Below the pieces are notes generated by a model. That model worked only from the letters and a program-made list of their open reading frames with translations, did not search any database and had not been told where the DNA came from. Shown in pieces: positions 36,084-45,219 of a stretch of DNA of 64,000 nt. The first letter of the stretch is position 1. Every line of letters begins with the position of its first letter. A program made the position numbers and the translations under genes. The stretch is taken from the IMG/VR virus record IMGVR_UViG_3300025132_006659; one strand, given 5' to 3'. This stretch comes from an uncultured virus (IMG/VR IMGVR_UViG_3300025132_006659) (lineage: Duplodnaviria > Heunggongvirae > Uroviricota > Caudoviricetes).

Positions 36084-38558
36084 TTACCTCACTATCTTAA
36101 CTCTGATTCTTCTTTTGCTTTCAAGCATTTGTTGCTTTAGTGTGCTTGAGATCACTTCTTTTATTTTGTCTTCTATCTTTTCAGTAATATCATCAACACT
36201 AGCGTCATTTACAAGAAATTTAGCAATATTTTCTAGTTTTTCTACTGACATCGTGTTGGTCATCGATGTAGCAATCGTGAACTCCATTTCAAATTCGCCC
36301 TCGACTAATTCTAAAATATCCTCAGGGCCAATAGTTCTTCCATCAAATTGGGTGCTCATGATTGTTATTGGAGCCAGTTTATCATTGTAGTCTTGATCAA
36401 AAATAAATTCTGTGGAAGACTTCCAATTTTGCACGATTGGGTTTATAAATCGTGCCATTATTTTTATAGCTGCGGGTCTTAGTTGGTCTGGGATTTCTTC
36501 TATCAATTCGTGTGGATAGAAACTAAATGCTTCTTGAAAGCTCGCCCCTATAATAAACTCATTATTGAAGTCATCATATCTTTCTTCTTTGCCTACAAGT
36601 TCCCACCAAGAATTATTACTATCTAGATCATAATCATCAATCAACGTTCCAACCATATATTTACCACTTTTTGTAAAGCCGTCTCTTTCAAGGGCGTTCT
36701 GTATCAGTTGAATAGGCCCATCGGGCACATGATAGTCGAATATTCGATGGAAATTGGGATTGTGATACAACAGATTGTCTATGGCGCTGTCTAATTCCTC
36801 TATTGGAGTGTAATCGAGTAATTCATGACCGCTATATGATATGGCGATATTGAATTGTTTTTGAGTGTCATTCCAGCCTATGTTGTAGTCAACATCTTCA
36901 GGAAGAGTATAATAATCTGGTATTTCGTACCTTATTGTGTTTGCAATGCTTTTCACAATCTTTCCATATAGTTGGTACCCCATTGAATCAATTTCGAAAT
37001 CAATTGTAAAATTTATATTTATTTGCCAATCGTAGTTTACGTCACCATAGCCGTCTTCCTCAACGTTATAAGAAAATGAAATCATGCCGCCTCGATGGCC
37101 TTCAAAAATTTCTTCCAAGGTTTCTGTGGCCATTTCGACAGTTGTGTTACCTACCTTCTGGCTCATGCTGTTTTGTAAATCATAATCATACCTCACACTT
37201 CCGGAAAAGGTGTTATCCTTACCAGCGGCTGAGAACAACTGTGGTATCAAACTTTCTGCATCGTTGTCTTCGTAATCTCCACCATATCTAGTAAAGTCTG
37301 ATAGGTCGATTGATTGTGCAAATTGAGAAATTTTTTCTATCTCATTAGATTGCATAATAGACATTTTAGAGTTTATTTTATTTCTAAAGCCGGGCAATTC
37401 AACACCATATAATTGTTTTTCTGGAAGCGCTAATCTTATGGGCTCGTCTAGTCCATGAAACGATGCATTTCTTATCCTTATTCTGCTGGACGGTTCGAGT
37501 CCGTCTGTGCCTCTCGTCTCATCGGCAAAAATCTCTTCGTCATCCATCTTGTCTAGTGCATCCTCAGACGGTTCAATACCCATATCTTCAAATTCGCTCT
37601 CAGGCACAGCATAAACTATCATACCATTTCCATAAACTTCCGCCAATGCACAAATATTATACTTGTCCCATTCACCACTTTTTTGACTTGGCAAGCTATG
37701 ACAGCTATCAAGCCCCTTGTGATCAGACATTCTAAACACATCTATAGGATGTCTAGAATAAATCAAAAAATAATTTTGATATAATTTATTTACGTTTTTT
37801 AAAAAGTTTTGAAATTTCTCTTCCAAGAATAAAGAGAACTCCTTGATTTTTCCGAAATCAATATATTTCCGGCCAAAGAAAATATCGATTCCACGGGCGA
37901 ATGCTCTAGAATCGGGTTCAATCCCAAGCCAATAGTGCATAGAGGAAACGAATTTCATTATAGACAGGAACTCATCTCTTTTCAACAGCCCTAGTTCATC
38001 ATGTCTTTTGTCTTGAAATTCATATTTCGCCTCAGGGTTCGGATCAGACGGCATTTCAATACCATCTTCATAGTTTGTTTCACTCTCTTTCCTTTTGCGT
38101 ATGTTTATTATGGTGTTTTGCCATAAAGTCCTAAGCGCAGGCTCAGAGTTTTCAACAAAATTAACAATACCAGTCAATAGTTTGGGAAGATTTATCTTTA
38201 CTGCTCTTTTGACAGTCTGCACTTCGCCTTTCTTGTCGATATATTTGGTTATTTTCGTCTTCGTGCACCAAATCTTACCAGAAATTCTGTTTTTGGAATC
38301 GAATTTTATTTCACTAGGCTCTGAAACGTGCCATCCCATCTCTGATAGGGCATCCATTGTAATTTTAAACGGAGATGAAGGGTCGATAACCTTAAGCTCC
38401 TCAATTAGCCTATACTTGTCTCCAAAAATATTACCAAAAGGCAACTGGCTGATAGGAATATTGAGGGCATCATCTAAGTAACTAATTTCTTCATCAGTTG
38501 CTTCTTGTAACTCTTGCTCTTTAATGAACTGTCTCCAGTTCTCCATCAATAATTTCAT
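36084..38558 (-). CDS. 824-aa acidic hypothetical protein with an MKLLMENWRQFIKE leader
   Basis: ORF track; inserted between the two neck genes; SRHPIDVFRMSD...SCHS motif. Confidence 0.75.
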   Translation of the reverse strand: MKLLMENWRQFIKEQELQEATDEEISYLDDALNIPISQLPFGNIFGDKYRLIEELKVIDPSSPFKITMDALSEMGWHVSEPSEIKFDSKNRISGKIWCTKTKITKYIDKKGEVQTVKRAVKINLPKLLTGIVNFVENSEPALRTLWQNTIINIRKRKESETNYEDGIEMPSDPNPEAKYEFQDKRHDELGLLKRDEFLSIMKFVSSMHYWLGIEPDSRAFARGIDIFFGRKYIDFGKIKEFSLFLEEKFQNFLKNVNKLYQNYFLIYSRHPIDVFRMSDHKGLDSCHSLPSQKSGEWDKYNICALAEVYGNGMIVYAVPESEFEDMGIEPSEDALDKMDDEEIFADETRGTDGLEPSSRIRIRNASFHGLDEPIRLALPEKQLYGVELPGFRNKINSKMSIMQSNEIEKISQFAQSIDLSDFTRYGGDYEDNDAESLIPQLFSAAGKDNTFSGSVRYDYDLQNSMSQKVGNTTVEMATETLEEIFEGHRGGMISFSYNVEEDGYGDVNYDWQININFTIDFEIDSMGYQLYGKIVKSIANTIRYEIPDYYTLPEDVDYNIGWNDTQKQFNIAISYSGHELLDYTPIEELDSAIDNLLYHNPNFHRIFDYHVPDGPIQLIQNALERDGFTKSGKYMVGTLIDDYDLDSNNSWWELVGKEERYDDFNNEFIIGASFQEAFSFYPHELIEEIPDQLRPAAIKIMARFINPIVQNWKSSTEFIFDQDYNDKLAPITIMSTQFDGRTIGPEDILELVEGEFEMEFTIATSMTNTMSVEKLENIAKFLVNDASVDDITEKIEDKIKEVISSTLKQQMLESKRRIRVKIVR

Positions 38559-38562
38559 TTTT

Positions 38563-39825
38563 TTATCCTACAAATATTTTCAAGGGAACATCTTGAATGA
38601 TGTTTTTAGCATTTTCTGTCATGTCCTTATCGGTAGCAATCAGTTTATCGTAAGTCATTTCAGAAAGAATTGTTTTTAGTTCCTCTCGGAGATCTTTTTG
38701 TTCCGTCGAGGCCTGACTAAGTAAATCAGAAGCATTCAGGGTGACATTATCCCCCGGTATTGGTATAGAACCGCCAAACTTACCTCTAATCTGCCCTAGT
38801 GTTTCTTTAGACAAAGCAAGTGCGAATCGTCTAATCCATTGCTTTCCGATTGCATTTATCTTTTCATATGGTAGATTCTCAAAAGGAAGCGTGTTCATAT
38901 TGTTGATTCCGTTTTGGCCGGAGTCATAATCATCTTCCCAAATGTCAGATGCTCCGTCAACAGTAAACTTGAACCAGAACTTTTCCGGAGACACTGTGTC
39001 GGGTGTCGGATAAAGTCTTAGGTTATTGTTTATAATCTCGTAAGAATAGTGTGATGTCCTCGTATACAGATGATCTTCGTATGCGATTGCTTGCAATTTA
39101 TTATGCCAAGCCGGAATCACCTGCCATGTCGAGTCATCAGAATACTGGCCATAGTTGTGGAAGTCTCCAACAACATTTAGTCCACCATAGTATCCATAAA
39201 ATCTCCACATTTGTCTTGGAGTTACATAGTAAACTTGTCTAATCTTGACTCTCTTATTGCCTACTTTATTATAAAATGGCATACTAGCATCAGTAGCAGC
39301 AGAAGACACAATTGATTGAAGATCATAATCTTGCTGAGATGACACTCTTGTGAATGACGCAGAATAAATTGTTTGCATCCCTCCAATTCCTGCTTCGGTA
39401 GCAAAACTTTCTGCCATTCTAAATGATGTCTCGAATGAGAATTTAGGATACTTAAGGGCAACATTAGATCCGCTAAGGGCCTCACCGCTCTTTATCTCAC
39501 CTTTGTGGTTAAAAGATCCTGTTGATCCACCAAGAGCAGAGCCCATTATGTTTTTTGCCTGATGAAGATTGACAATGTACGAATATTCTAACACTGCCTC
39601 TTCGTAATTGGCATAAACGTTTTCTTCTGTTATTTCAAGATCTAAAACGTCTCCACCTAGTTTTTTGTAGGTAAATGCAACTTGTGCAACAGCACCCGTT
39701 ACAAAATCCGCAGAAGCAGTATATGCCCCAATAGGGCAAGCAGCAGCCACATTAGATGCGCTACCAGTTTTAGGTAGAATTATCGCACTAGTTGTAGACT
39801 TTGGTGTTAAAGTTGGTAAAGCCAT
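38563..39825 (-). CDS. neck / head-tail adaptor protein (gp13-like)
   Basis: KLGGDVLDLEIT, WIRRFALALSKETLGQIRGKF, IPGDNVTLN, C-terminal PLKIFVG. Confidence 0.85.
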   Translation of the reverse strand: MALPTLTPKSTTSAIILPKTGSASNVAAACPIGAYTASADFVTGAVAQVAFTYKKLGGDVLDLEITEENVYANYEEAVLEYSYIVNLHQAKNIMGSALGGSTGSFNHKGEIKSGEALSGSNVALKYPKFSFETSFRMAESFATEAGIGGMQTIYSASFTRVSSQQDYDLQSIVSSAATDASMPFYNKVGNKRVKIRQVYYVTPRQMWRFYGYYGGLNVVGDFHNYGQYSDDSTWQVIPAWHNKLQAIAYEDHLYTRTSHYSYEIINNNLRLYPTPDTVSPEKFWFKFTVDGASDIWEDDYDSGQNGINNMNTLPFENLPYEKINAIGKQWIRRFALALSKETLGQIRGKFGGSIPIPGDNVTLNASDLLSQASTEQKDLREELKTILSEMTYDKLIATDKDMTENAKNIIQDVPLKIFVG

Positions 39826-39861
39826 TCATGAATCCTCCATTCATTCTAAATAGTTTATTTT

Positions 39862-40239
39862 CTATGATTCTTCAATGGTTTTAATTAGTTGTGCTTTAGT
39901 CATCGATGTCTTGAAAGTAATGCCATTTTCTTTAGCATATTCAATCAATGCTTTTTTTGTCATTTTACTGAAATTAGGAGTTTCTTTTTCTATCAAAGTT
40001 GGTTCATTGTGAGGCTGAATTCTCATTTCAACGGATTCTGTATAGTCCAGATTGTCAATAACATCATCTAATGTACATGTCATCTCCTTCATTCTTTCTA
40101 AAATAACAGAGTTGTCTTCTACGATTTTGGCTACATTATGTTCTGTTGTCTCTTCCTCTTTTGAAAGATTTTTATCGTACTGGTTCCAAGCAAGTTTTGT
40201 ATATTTTCTTCTCAAGAGTTTCCTTCGTCTTTTGCCCAT
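39862..40239 (-). CDS. protein with a C-terminal Rho-N/HeH-like nucleic-acid-binding domain
   Basis: FSKMTKKALIEYAKENGITFKTSMTKAQLIKTI; basic N-terminus. Confidence 0.7.
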   Translation of the reverse strand: MGKRRRKLLRRKYTKLAWNQYDKNLSKEEETTEHNVAKIVEDNSVILERMKEMTCTLDDVIDNLDYTESVEMRIQPHNEPTLIEKETPNFSKMTKKALIEYAKENGITFKTSMTKAQLIKTIEES

Positions 40240-40352
40240 CGGGTTATCCTTTTCTTTTTCGGTGCTGCCTTTTTCTTCGGAGCAGGCTTTTTCTTAGCTT
40301 CTGCTGCTTTTTTTGCGGCTTCTTTAGCAGCCATTCTTCGTCTTCCGGACAT
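40212..40352 (-). CDS. 46-aa Lys/Ala/Pro-rich basic protein (histone-H1-tail-like composition)
   Basis: Translated by hand: MSGRRRMAAKEAAKKAAEAKKKPAPKKKAAPKKKRITRWAKDEGNS; AAGGAG SD; CTATTTA element at 40377-40383. Confidence 0.7.
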   Translation of the reverse strand: MSGRRRMAAKEAAKKAAEAKKKPAPKKKAAPKKKRITRWAKDEGNS

Positions 40353-40394
40353 AATATTCTCCTTTTATCTTGTCTATAAATAGTTTCAGGCAAT

Positions 40395-40421
40395 AAAAAA
40401 AGCCCCCTTCGAAAAGGGAGC
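40395..40421 (-). terminator. intrinsic terminator
   Basis: GCTCCCTT-TTCG-AAGGGGGC followed by a T run. Confidence 0.8.
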
Positions 40422-40449
40422 CATATCGTATAAAAGCAATTTTGCTATA

Positions 40450-41478
40450 TTAGAGGTCTGCCGGCTCTATAAAGCCTTCAACCCTAATCAAGAATTTTCC
40501 CTGAGTCATAGCAGTAGAAGTCCCAGCAGTTTTCCCGCCGCTAAAATTAGCTATTGTCAAATCCGCAGATAATGCAGCACCAGCCGCACTTACTCCATTT
40601 ACTAAAGCAATTGTTGTATTGCCGCCAACACCACCGGTGCCTTGGGTAATATTAACCACTTTATCGGTTGCTGAAGCGTTAAATTTTGCGTGATTATTGA
40701 TAGCCGCAGCGATTGATGTTGCCATTTCTGGTAGATCTGGTGACCCATCATAGCCAATTGTCCCACTAGATGATGATCCTTTAGCAGTTCCGGAATCGAA
40801 AACGTGCTCAACAACGGTACCATCTGTTGCGATGACAACTATTCTGGAAACCCCAGAATCAAGTTGTGCTGTTAAAAAAGTGTCATCCACAGTAATTGAA
40901 GCAGTCGCCGCAGTAAGGCCACCAAAGCCAGCACCAACACAAATATAAAGATAATTATCTTCTAATGTTTTTATTGCGAAAGCGCCATCACCAGCCCTAG
41001 TGCTAACATGTTTACCTTTTGCATCTCCAATACTATTCAAATCTGCGTGTATTGTAGTTGCTGCCGGTGCCGCACCGATTTTACCAGTTGCGGCAGATGA
41101 TGCTCTCAATTCATAAGCATTTGAGGTACTACCCAAAAGAGTACCATCACTAGGCATCTCCAAACAAACTGTTTCTACCATGGTGACTGTTCCGAATACA
41201 GACGGTGCCAGTTTACAAAGATACGAAACCTCAGCAACGCCTGATTCATCTAAAGTTCCAAGAGCCGCTCCATCAGCAGCACCACCGGTCTTCACAGTTG
41301 CCTTTGAAGTTCCCAAATCGACAACAATGTCAGTTACAACTTTATGACCTTCTCGGCTTTGTGTAGCAGAGACGATTGCCGGCTTCATTCCTAAAGAAGC
41401 GCCAATTGTATCAATAACGTCTAATCCTTTCTTTTCTATGTTATACAGTCTAGATCTGTTTAATCTTTTAACTCCCAT
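40450..41478 (-). CDS. virion structural protein, possible capsid decoration (paralogue of 41517..42083 with an insertion)
   Basis: Shares RLYxIEKxG, IVSAxQxRxG, VDLGTS and a C-terminal GFxxPAD with its neighbour. Confidence 0.65.
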   Translation of the reverse strand: MGVKRLNRSRLYNIEKKGLDVIDTIGASLGMKPAIVSATQSREGHKVVTDIVVDLGTSKATVKTGGAADGAALGTLDESGVAEVSYLCKLAPSVFGTVTMVETVCLEMPSDGTLLGSTSNAYELRASSAATGKIGAAPAATTIHADLNSIGDAKGKHVSTRAGDGAFAIKTLEDNYLYICVGAGFGGLTAATASITVDDTFLTAQLDSGVSRIVVIATDGTVVEHVFDSGTAKGSSSSGTIGYDGSPDLPEMATSIAAAINNHAKFNASATDKVVNITQGTGGVGGNTTIALVNGVSAAGAALSADLTIANFSGGKTAGTSTAMTQGKFLIRVEGFIEPADL

Positions 41479-41516
41479 TTTTTTACTCTCCTATATATGA
41501 AATGTGTAAGATTATT

Positions 41517-42083
41517 TTACTGATCTGCTGGTGCTTCAAATCCGTGTACATAAATGATGTATTTTCCATCATTGATAGCAGCAGTATTATTATCGCCAGC
41601 ACCATCAACAAAGTAAATACTATAAACAACACCGGTATCAAATGCATAGCTACTATCCAATCCTTTTTTATTTATTGCAGTCGCCTCAAGCACTGTTTGT
41701 TTACCAGCGGAGATGGTAGTATCTTGAACAGAATCCGCAGTTGTCGACAATAAAATATCAACATCTCTTGAACAGTTTTCAACGCAAATAGCTCTAACTT
41801 CTGTTACAATTCCAAATTTTGCCTCAGTTAGTCTAGCAACTTGGCTATTTACTGTTGCTACGCCAATTGCGCCATCTTGACCACCACCACCAACAATAGC
41901 CGCAGTGCTTGTGCCCAAATCAACAGCGATTTCTGTAATAATTTCTTGCCCATTTCTATGTTGAGATGCTGAAACGATTGCACCAGAGATTCCTGCTCCT
42001 GTGCCCATTTCATCTGTGGTGATTTTTCTTCCCGCCTTCTCAATGGCATAAAGTCGTTTACGACCAATTCTTCTATTTCCCAT
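41517..42083 (-). CDS. virion structural protein, possible capsid decoration
   Basis: First gene after the major capsid gene; strong AAGGAGG SD; paralogous to 40450..41478. Confidence 0.65.
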   Translation of the reverse strand: MGNRRIGRKRLYAIEKAGRKITTDEMGTGAGISGAIVSASQHRNGQEIITEIAVDLGTSTAAIVGGGGQDGAIGVATVNSQVARLTEAKFGIVTEVRAICVENCSRDVDILLSTTADSVQDTTISAGKQTVLEATAINKKGLDSSYAFDTGVVYSIYFVDGAGDNNTAAINDGKYIIYVHGFEAPADQ

Positions 42084-42133
42084 AATATATTTCCTCCTTA
42101 TTATGTTATTGCAATAACCTGTCTTTAATCATC

Positions 42134-42200
42134 AAAAAAATCCCAGCCACTTCGGGAAGTTTTCTTACAAGGGCAGTGGCCTCGCCCAAGGAGAATAAAA
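42134..42200 (-). ncRNA. candidate structured RNA: two hairpins with complementary loops
   Basis: GGGC-GA-GGCCACU-GCCC and UCCC-GA-AGUGGCU-GGGA followed by a U run; downstream of a CTAATTA element at 42212-42218. Confidence 0.55.
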
Positions 42201-42223
42201 CCAAGTCATAGTAATTAGTTTTT

Positions 42224-42260
42224 AAAATAAGAAACCCCCCAAGCCATAAGCAAGGGGGGC
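42224..42260 (-). terminator. intrinsic terminator after the major capsid gene
   Basis: CCCCCC/GGGGGG stem followed by TTTCTTATTTT. Confidence 0.75.
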
Positions 42261-42289
42261 TCTTTGTGAGTCAAACTCTTTTAGGTCAA

Positions 42290-44047
42290 TTAGGCGCCTG
42301 TGGAACCTTCTTCACCAAGGAGTCCTCGAACAACAACCAATCCGTACATATCAGGACGGACCATCTTCTTGCCGTAACGAGTCATTACCCCTTTACGAGG
42401 AACGAAGTCTTCAGGCCCGAAGATTGTAGGTGTGGTTTGTAAAGGCACGTAAGGTGCATAAACATAACCAGACTCTAAGAAAGAGCTACCTTTACGACCG
42501 ACAAGAATTAGATTTCTTGGGAAGTAAGGATCAACCATTACGTCAAATTTACGACTCAAGGATCCAGCTTTGATCGCACCGATGTCGCCTTTATCGGCAT
42601 CAGCAGTAACGTTAGCACGGAATCCAGAGGTAAACTCAAGGATGTTAGCAACTTCAGGAGAACAAACAACAAAGTTTGCGCCACCACGAAGTGTCTTTCT
42701 GTGAATTTGAGCAGAAACATCATTGATGGTCTCAATAAGAGTTTCATACCATTCACTTACTGTTCCTGTAAAGTCAGGAGCAGCAGAAGCAGCACCCAAT
42801 TCAGCACCAGTTTCTTTGTTAACAAACAAACCGGGAGAACGAGACCAGTAATATGTTGCAGCAGTTGCACCATTTACAAGGTCAGCAAGAATTTCACGGT
42901 CAATTTCCAAAGCGATTTGCTCTGAAAGAATTGAGGTCAATTCAACCTCGGCATCCAAGTTATGATAAGCGTTCAAGTCTTGTCCCAATTCAGGGGTCCA
43001 TTTAGCTTTTAGCTTTTTGGTTCCCGCTGTAATTGCGATAGAATCTACACGAATGTCAATCTCTGGGATTCCTGTTTCGTTCTCAAGGGGCCAATTAGCA
43101 CCACCCTCAATCGCACCAAGGGGACCAGCATCACGAAGATTGTCAGTAGCAGCCCAAGTAATTGTGCTAAGAGTGGACGAACTGACATCGCTTGTACCAG
43201 TTACAATAAAGACTAACTTTTCTGTACCTGCTGGGTTGAGAATTTGAGTCAAGCGTCGGACCTGAACATCATTAGCATCATTACTAGCAACAGTGATTGA
43301 TTGAAGCATGTCTTCACTAAAATCATTGCCGTTACCTTGAATTGCTGATAAATCGAATTCTTTTACCGCAACATACAATGTATCAGCAGCCAAGAAATCT
43401 ACATCATATTTTACCAGCTTTTTGAATTTTTCAGCATCTGCGGATGCTAAAATGGTAGAAAGCAGCTCTGATCCATTCAACTGCGCAACTGGTGTAGAAT
43501 TGTCTGCATATTTCGATAATGTAGCGTAATTTGATAACCCAGCTACGTTAGTATTAGAACCAGTAGCACTTGAGTAAGAAGATGCAAAACCATAAGGTTG
43601 CTTGTTCAAAACATCACTAGTAAGTTGTACCCCACCGGTGATTTCTGATCCTTTGACTCCTTGACCATAGATTGATTCTTGTGCTTGTCCTGCTCTAGTG
43701 GCATGTCTGTCACTAAATTGGAAGTCAAGGAAGAAAATGAGACCACTTGGTAGACTCATTGGCTGTACACTAACAAGATCGTTAGCGATAAGTCCGGCGA
43801 ATACACGACGAACAATTGGGAATGCAACAGCAGCAAAACCTTCAACAGCGCCACCTTGCATTGTATTTGATTCACGAAGTAATTCCTTCGCTTGATTTTC
43901 GAGCAATCTAGCCATTGTGTGTCTTTGTTGCTCGCCTGATAGGCCTTCTAATAAACCGGTTTGTTTCCACTTATTCAAAAGAGCTTGCCCTTCTGCTTTC
44001 ATGTCACGGTTAATGATGCCTTCAGATAATTTCTGAATAATAGACAT
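42290..44047 (-). CDS. major capsid protein (T4 gp23-like)
   Basis: LLENQ, VRRVF, VSVQPMSLPSGLIFFL, KLKAKWTPELGQDL, EIDREI, YAPYVPL, GVMTRYG. Confidence 0.97.
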   Translation of the reverse strand: MSIIQKLSEGIINRDMKAEGQALLNKWKQTGLLEGLSGEQQRHTMARLLENQAKELLRESNTMQGGAVEGFAAVAFPIVRRVFAGLIANDLVSVQPMSLPSGLIFFLDFQFSDRHATRAGQAQESIYGQGVKGSEITGGVQLTSDVLNKQPYGFASSYSSATGSNTNVAGLSNYATLSKYADNSTPVAQLNGSELLSTILASADAEKFKKLVKYDVDFLAADTLYVAVKEFDLSAIQGNGNDFSEDMLQSITVASNDANDVQVRRLTQILNPAGTEKLVFIVTGTSDVSSSTLSTITWAATDNLRDAGPLGAIEGGANWPLENETGIPEIDIRVDSIAITAGTKKLKAKWTPELGQDLNAYHNLDAEVELTSILSEQIALEIDREILADLVNGATAATYYWSRSPGLFVNKETGAELGAASAAPDFTGTVSEWYETLIETINDVSAQIHRKTLRGGANFVVCSPEVANILEFTSGFRANVTADADKGDIGAIKAGSLSRKFDVMVDPYFPRNLILVGRKGSSFLESGYVYAPYVPLQTTPTIFGPEDFVPRKGVMTRYGKKMVRPDMYGLVVVRGLLGEEGSTGA

Positions 44048-44066
44048 TATAATACCTCCTTATGTC

Positions 44067-45158
44067 TTATTTTATACCTGCAAGTTTCTTCATTTGATCT
44101 GCAAATGAAAATTCTTGTTCAGGTTGTTTACGTCTTGGCATAATCCCAGACAAATTAGATTTTCTACTTACTGACTCCCTAAGTGATTTTGGCCCATCTT
44201 TCTTTACTGTGCCCACTGTGGTTTTGAGTGCTTCGTGTAGGTTTCTAGCTTCTTCTGGTGTTTGCGCCTTAGCGATGGCTTCAACAATTTTATTTTTTTG
44301 TCGCTCATTCAAGGAGGCATCGCTTAAAGTGTGGTTGCTATAAAGCAACTTAGCATTCGACAACAATGTCTCATTGAGACTGTTGTCTAATTTCTTAATA
44401 ATTGTAATCATTTTTTCTTCGTTGTTCTTAAGAGACTTGATAGACTCAGACATTTTCTTGAGTCTTTTTTGCAATTCTTCATTTTCTTCTTTTAGTTCAT
44501 CTGATTCTTCTTTTGCTAATTGCATTTCTTGTCTATAGTTCAATTCGCCTTTGTTTGTTTCAAACCATCCGCCTTTATCATCGCCGGACATGTCAACAAT
44601 CAATTCTTCCATGAGGGATTCGTCGGCTTCAACTTCTTCATCTTCCTCTTCTTCATTTAGAACTTCTTCCTCTTCGTCTTCTTCATTGAGGTCTTCTAAA
44701 ATTCGAAAAACTTCTTGTAGAGCCAACTCGCCTTCGTCACCGCCTAAATCAAGATCTAATTCTTCGTCGCCGCCTAGCTCATCTCCACCCATTTCTTCGC
44801 CGCCTGCTCCGAGTTCATCACCACCTAAACCAGCCTCATCCGCACCAGCCGCTTCTAACTCAGACTGAATTTTGTCTAAATCAAACTCAAAAACTTCTGC
44901 GTCTGCTGTGGTTTTGAAATTTACTGGTTCGTCCTCTATATCCATTGGAGAAGCGGCCATTGGCGGGGCCAATTCTTCTACTTCTTCATCTCCATCCGGC
45001 TCATTCATCGGATCACCCATCGGGTCATCTAATAAAGAATCAATTGCTTCTTTTATTTGTGGGGCGTACTTTTCAATAATAGCTTGCTCAGCATTTTTCA
45101 GTGCAGCCTCTCTTAACGCCGCTGCGTCTACGATCGCTTGTTCTAACATTGAAGACAT
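44067..45158 (-). CDS. prohead scaffold/core protein (gp22-like)
   Basis: Very acidic coiled coil directly upstream of the capsid gene; LSNAKLLY; ends MKKLAGIK. Confidence 0.8.
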   Translation of the reverse strand: MSSMLEQAIVDAAALREAALKNAEQAIIEKYAPQIKEAIDSLLDDPMGDPMNEPDGDEEVEELAPPMAASPMDIEDEPVNFKTTADAEVFEFDLDKIQSELEAAGADEAGLGGDELGAGGEEMGGDELGGDEELDLDLGGDEGELALQEVFRILEDLNEEDEEEEVLNEEEEDEEVEADESLMEELIVDMSGDDKGGWFETNKGELNYRQEMQLAKEESDELKEENEELQKRLKKMSESIKSLKNNEEKMITIIKKLDNSLNETLLSNAKLLYSNHTLSDASLNERQKNKIVEAIAKAQTPEEARNLHEALKTTVGTVKKDGPKSLRESVSRKSNLSGIMPRRKQPEQEFSFADQMKKLAGIK

Positions 45159-45191
45159 TAATTATAACTCCTAGTAATACTTTATCAAAGG

Positions 45192-45198
45192 TAAATAG
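45192..45198 (-). promoter_or_regulatory. CTATTTA element (candidate late promoter), scaffold and capsid genes
   Basis: About 33 nt upstream of the scaffold ATG. Confidence 0.65.
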
Positions 45199-45219
45199 TT
45201 CTGTTGTCAAGAAAAGGAA

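Noticed and set aside
42105..42187. HDV-like or theta ribozyme
   Set aside because: P2/P3/L3 and the catalytic J4/2 strand could not be placed in canonical order; the two-hairpin model fits better
45182..45210. sigma70 promoter before the scaffold gene
   Set aside because: TTGACA is present but the -10 position reads TGATAA; the CTATTTA element explains the site better
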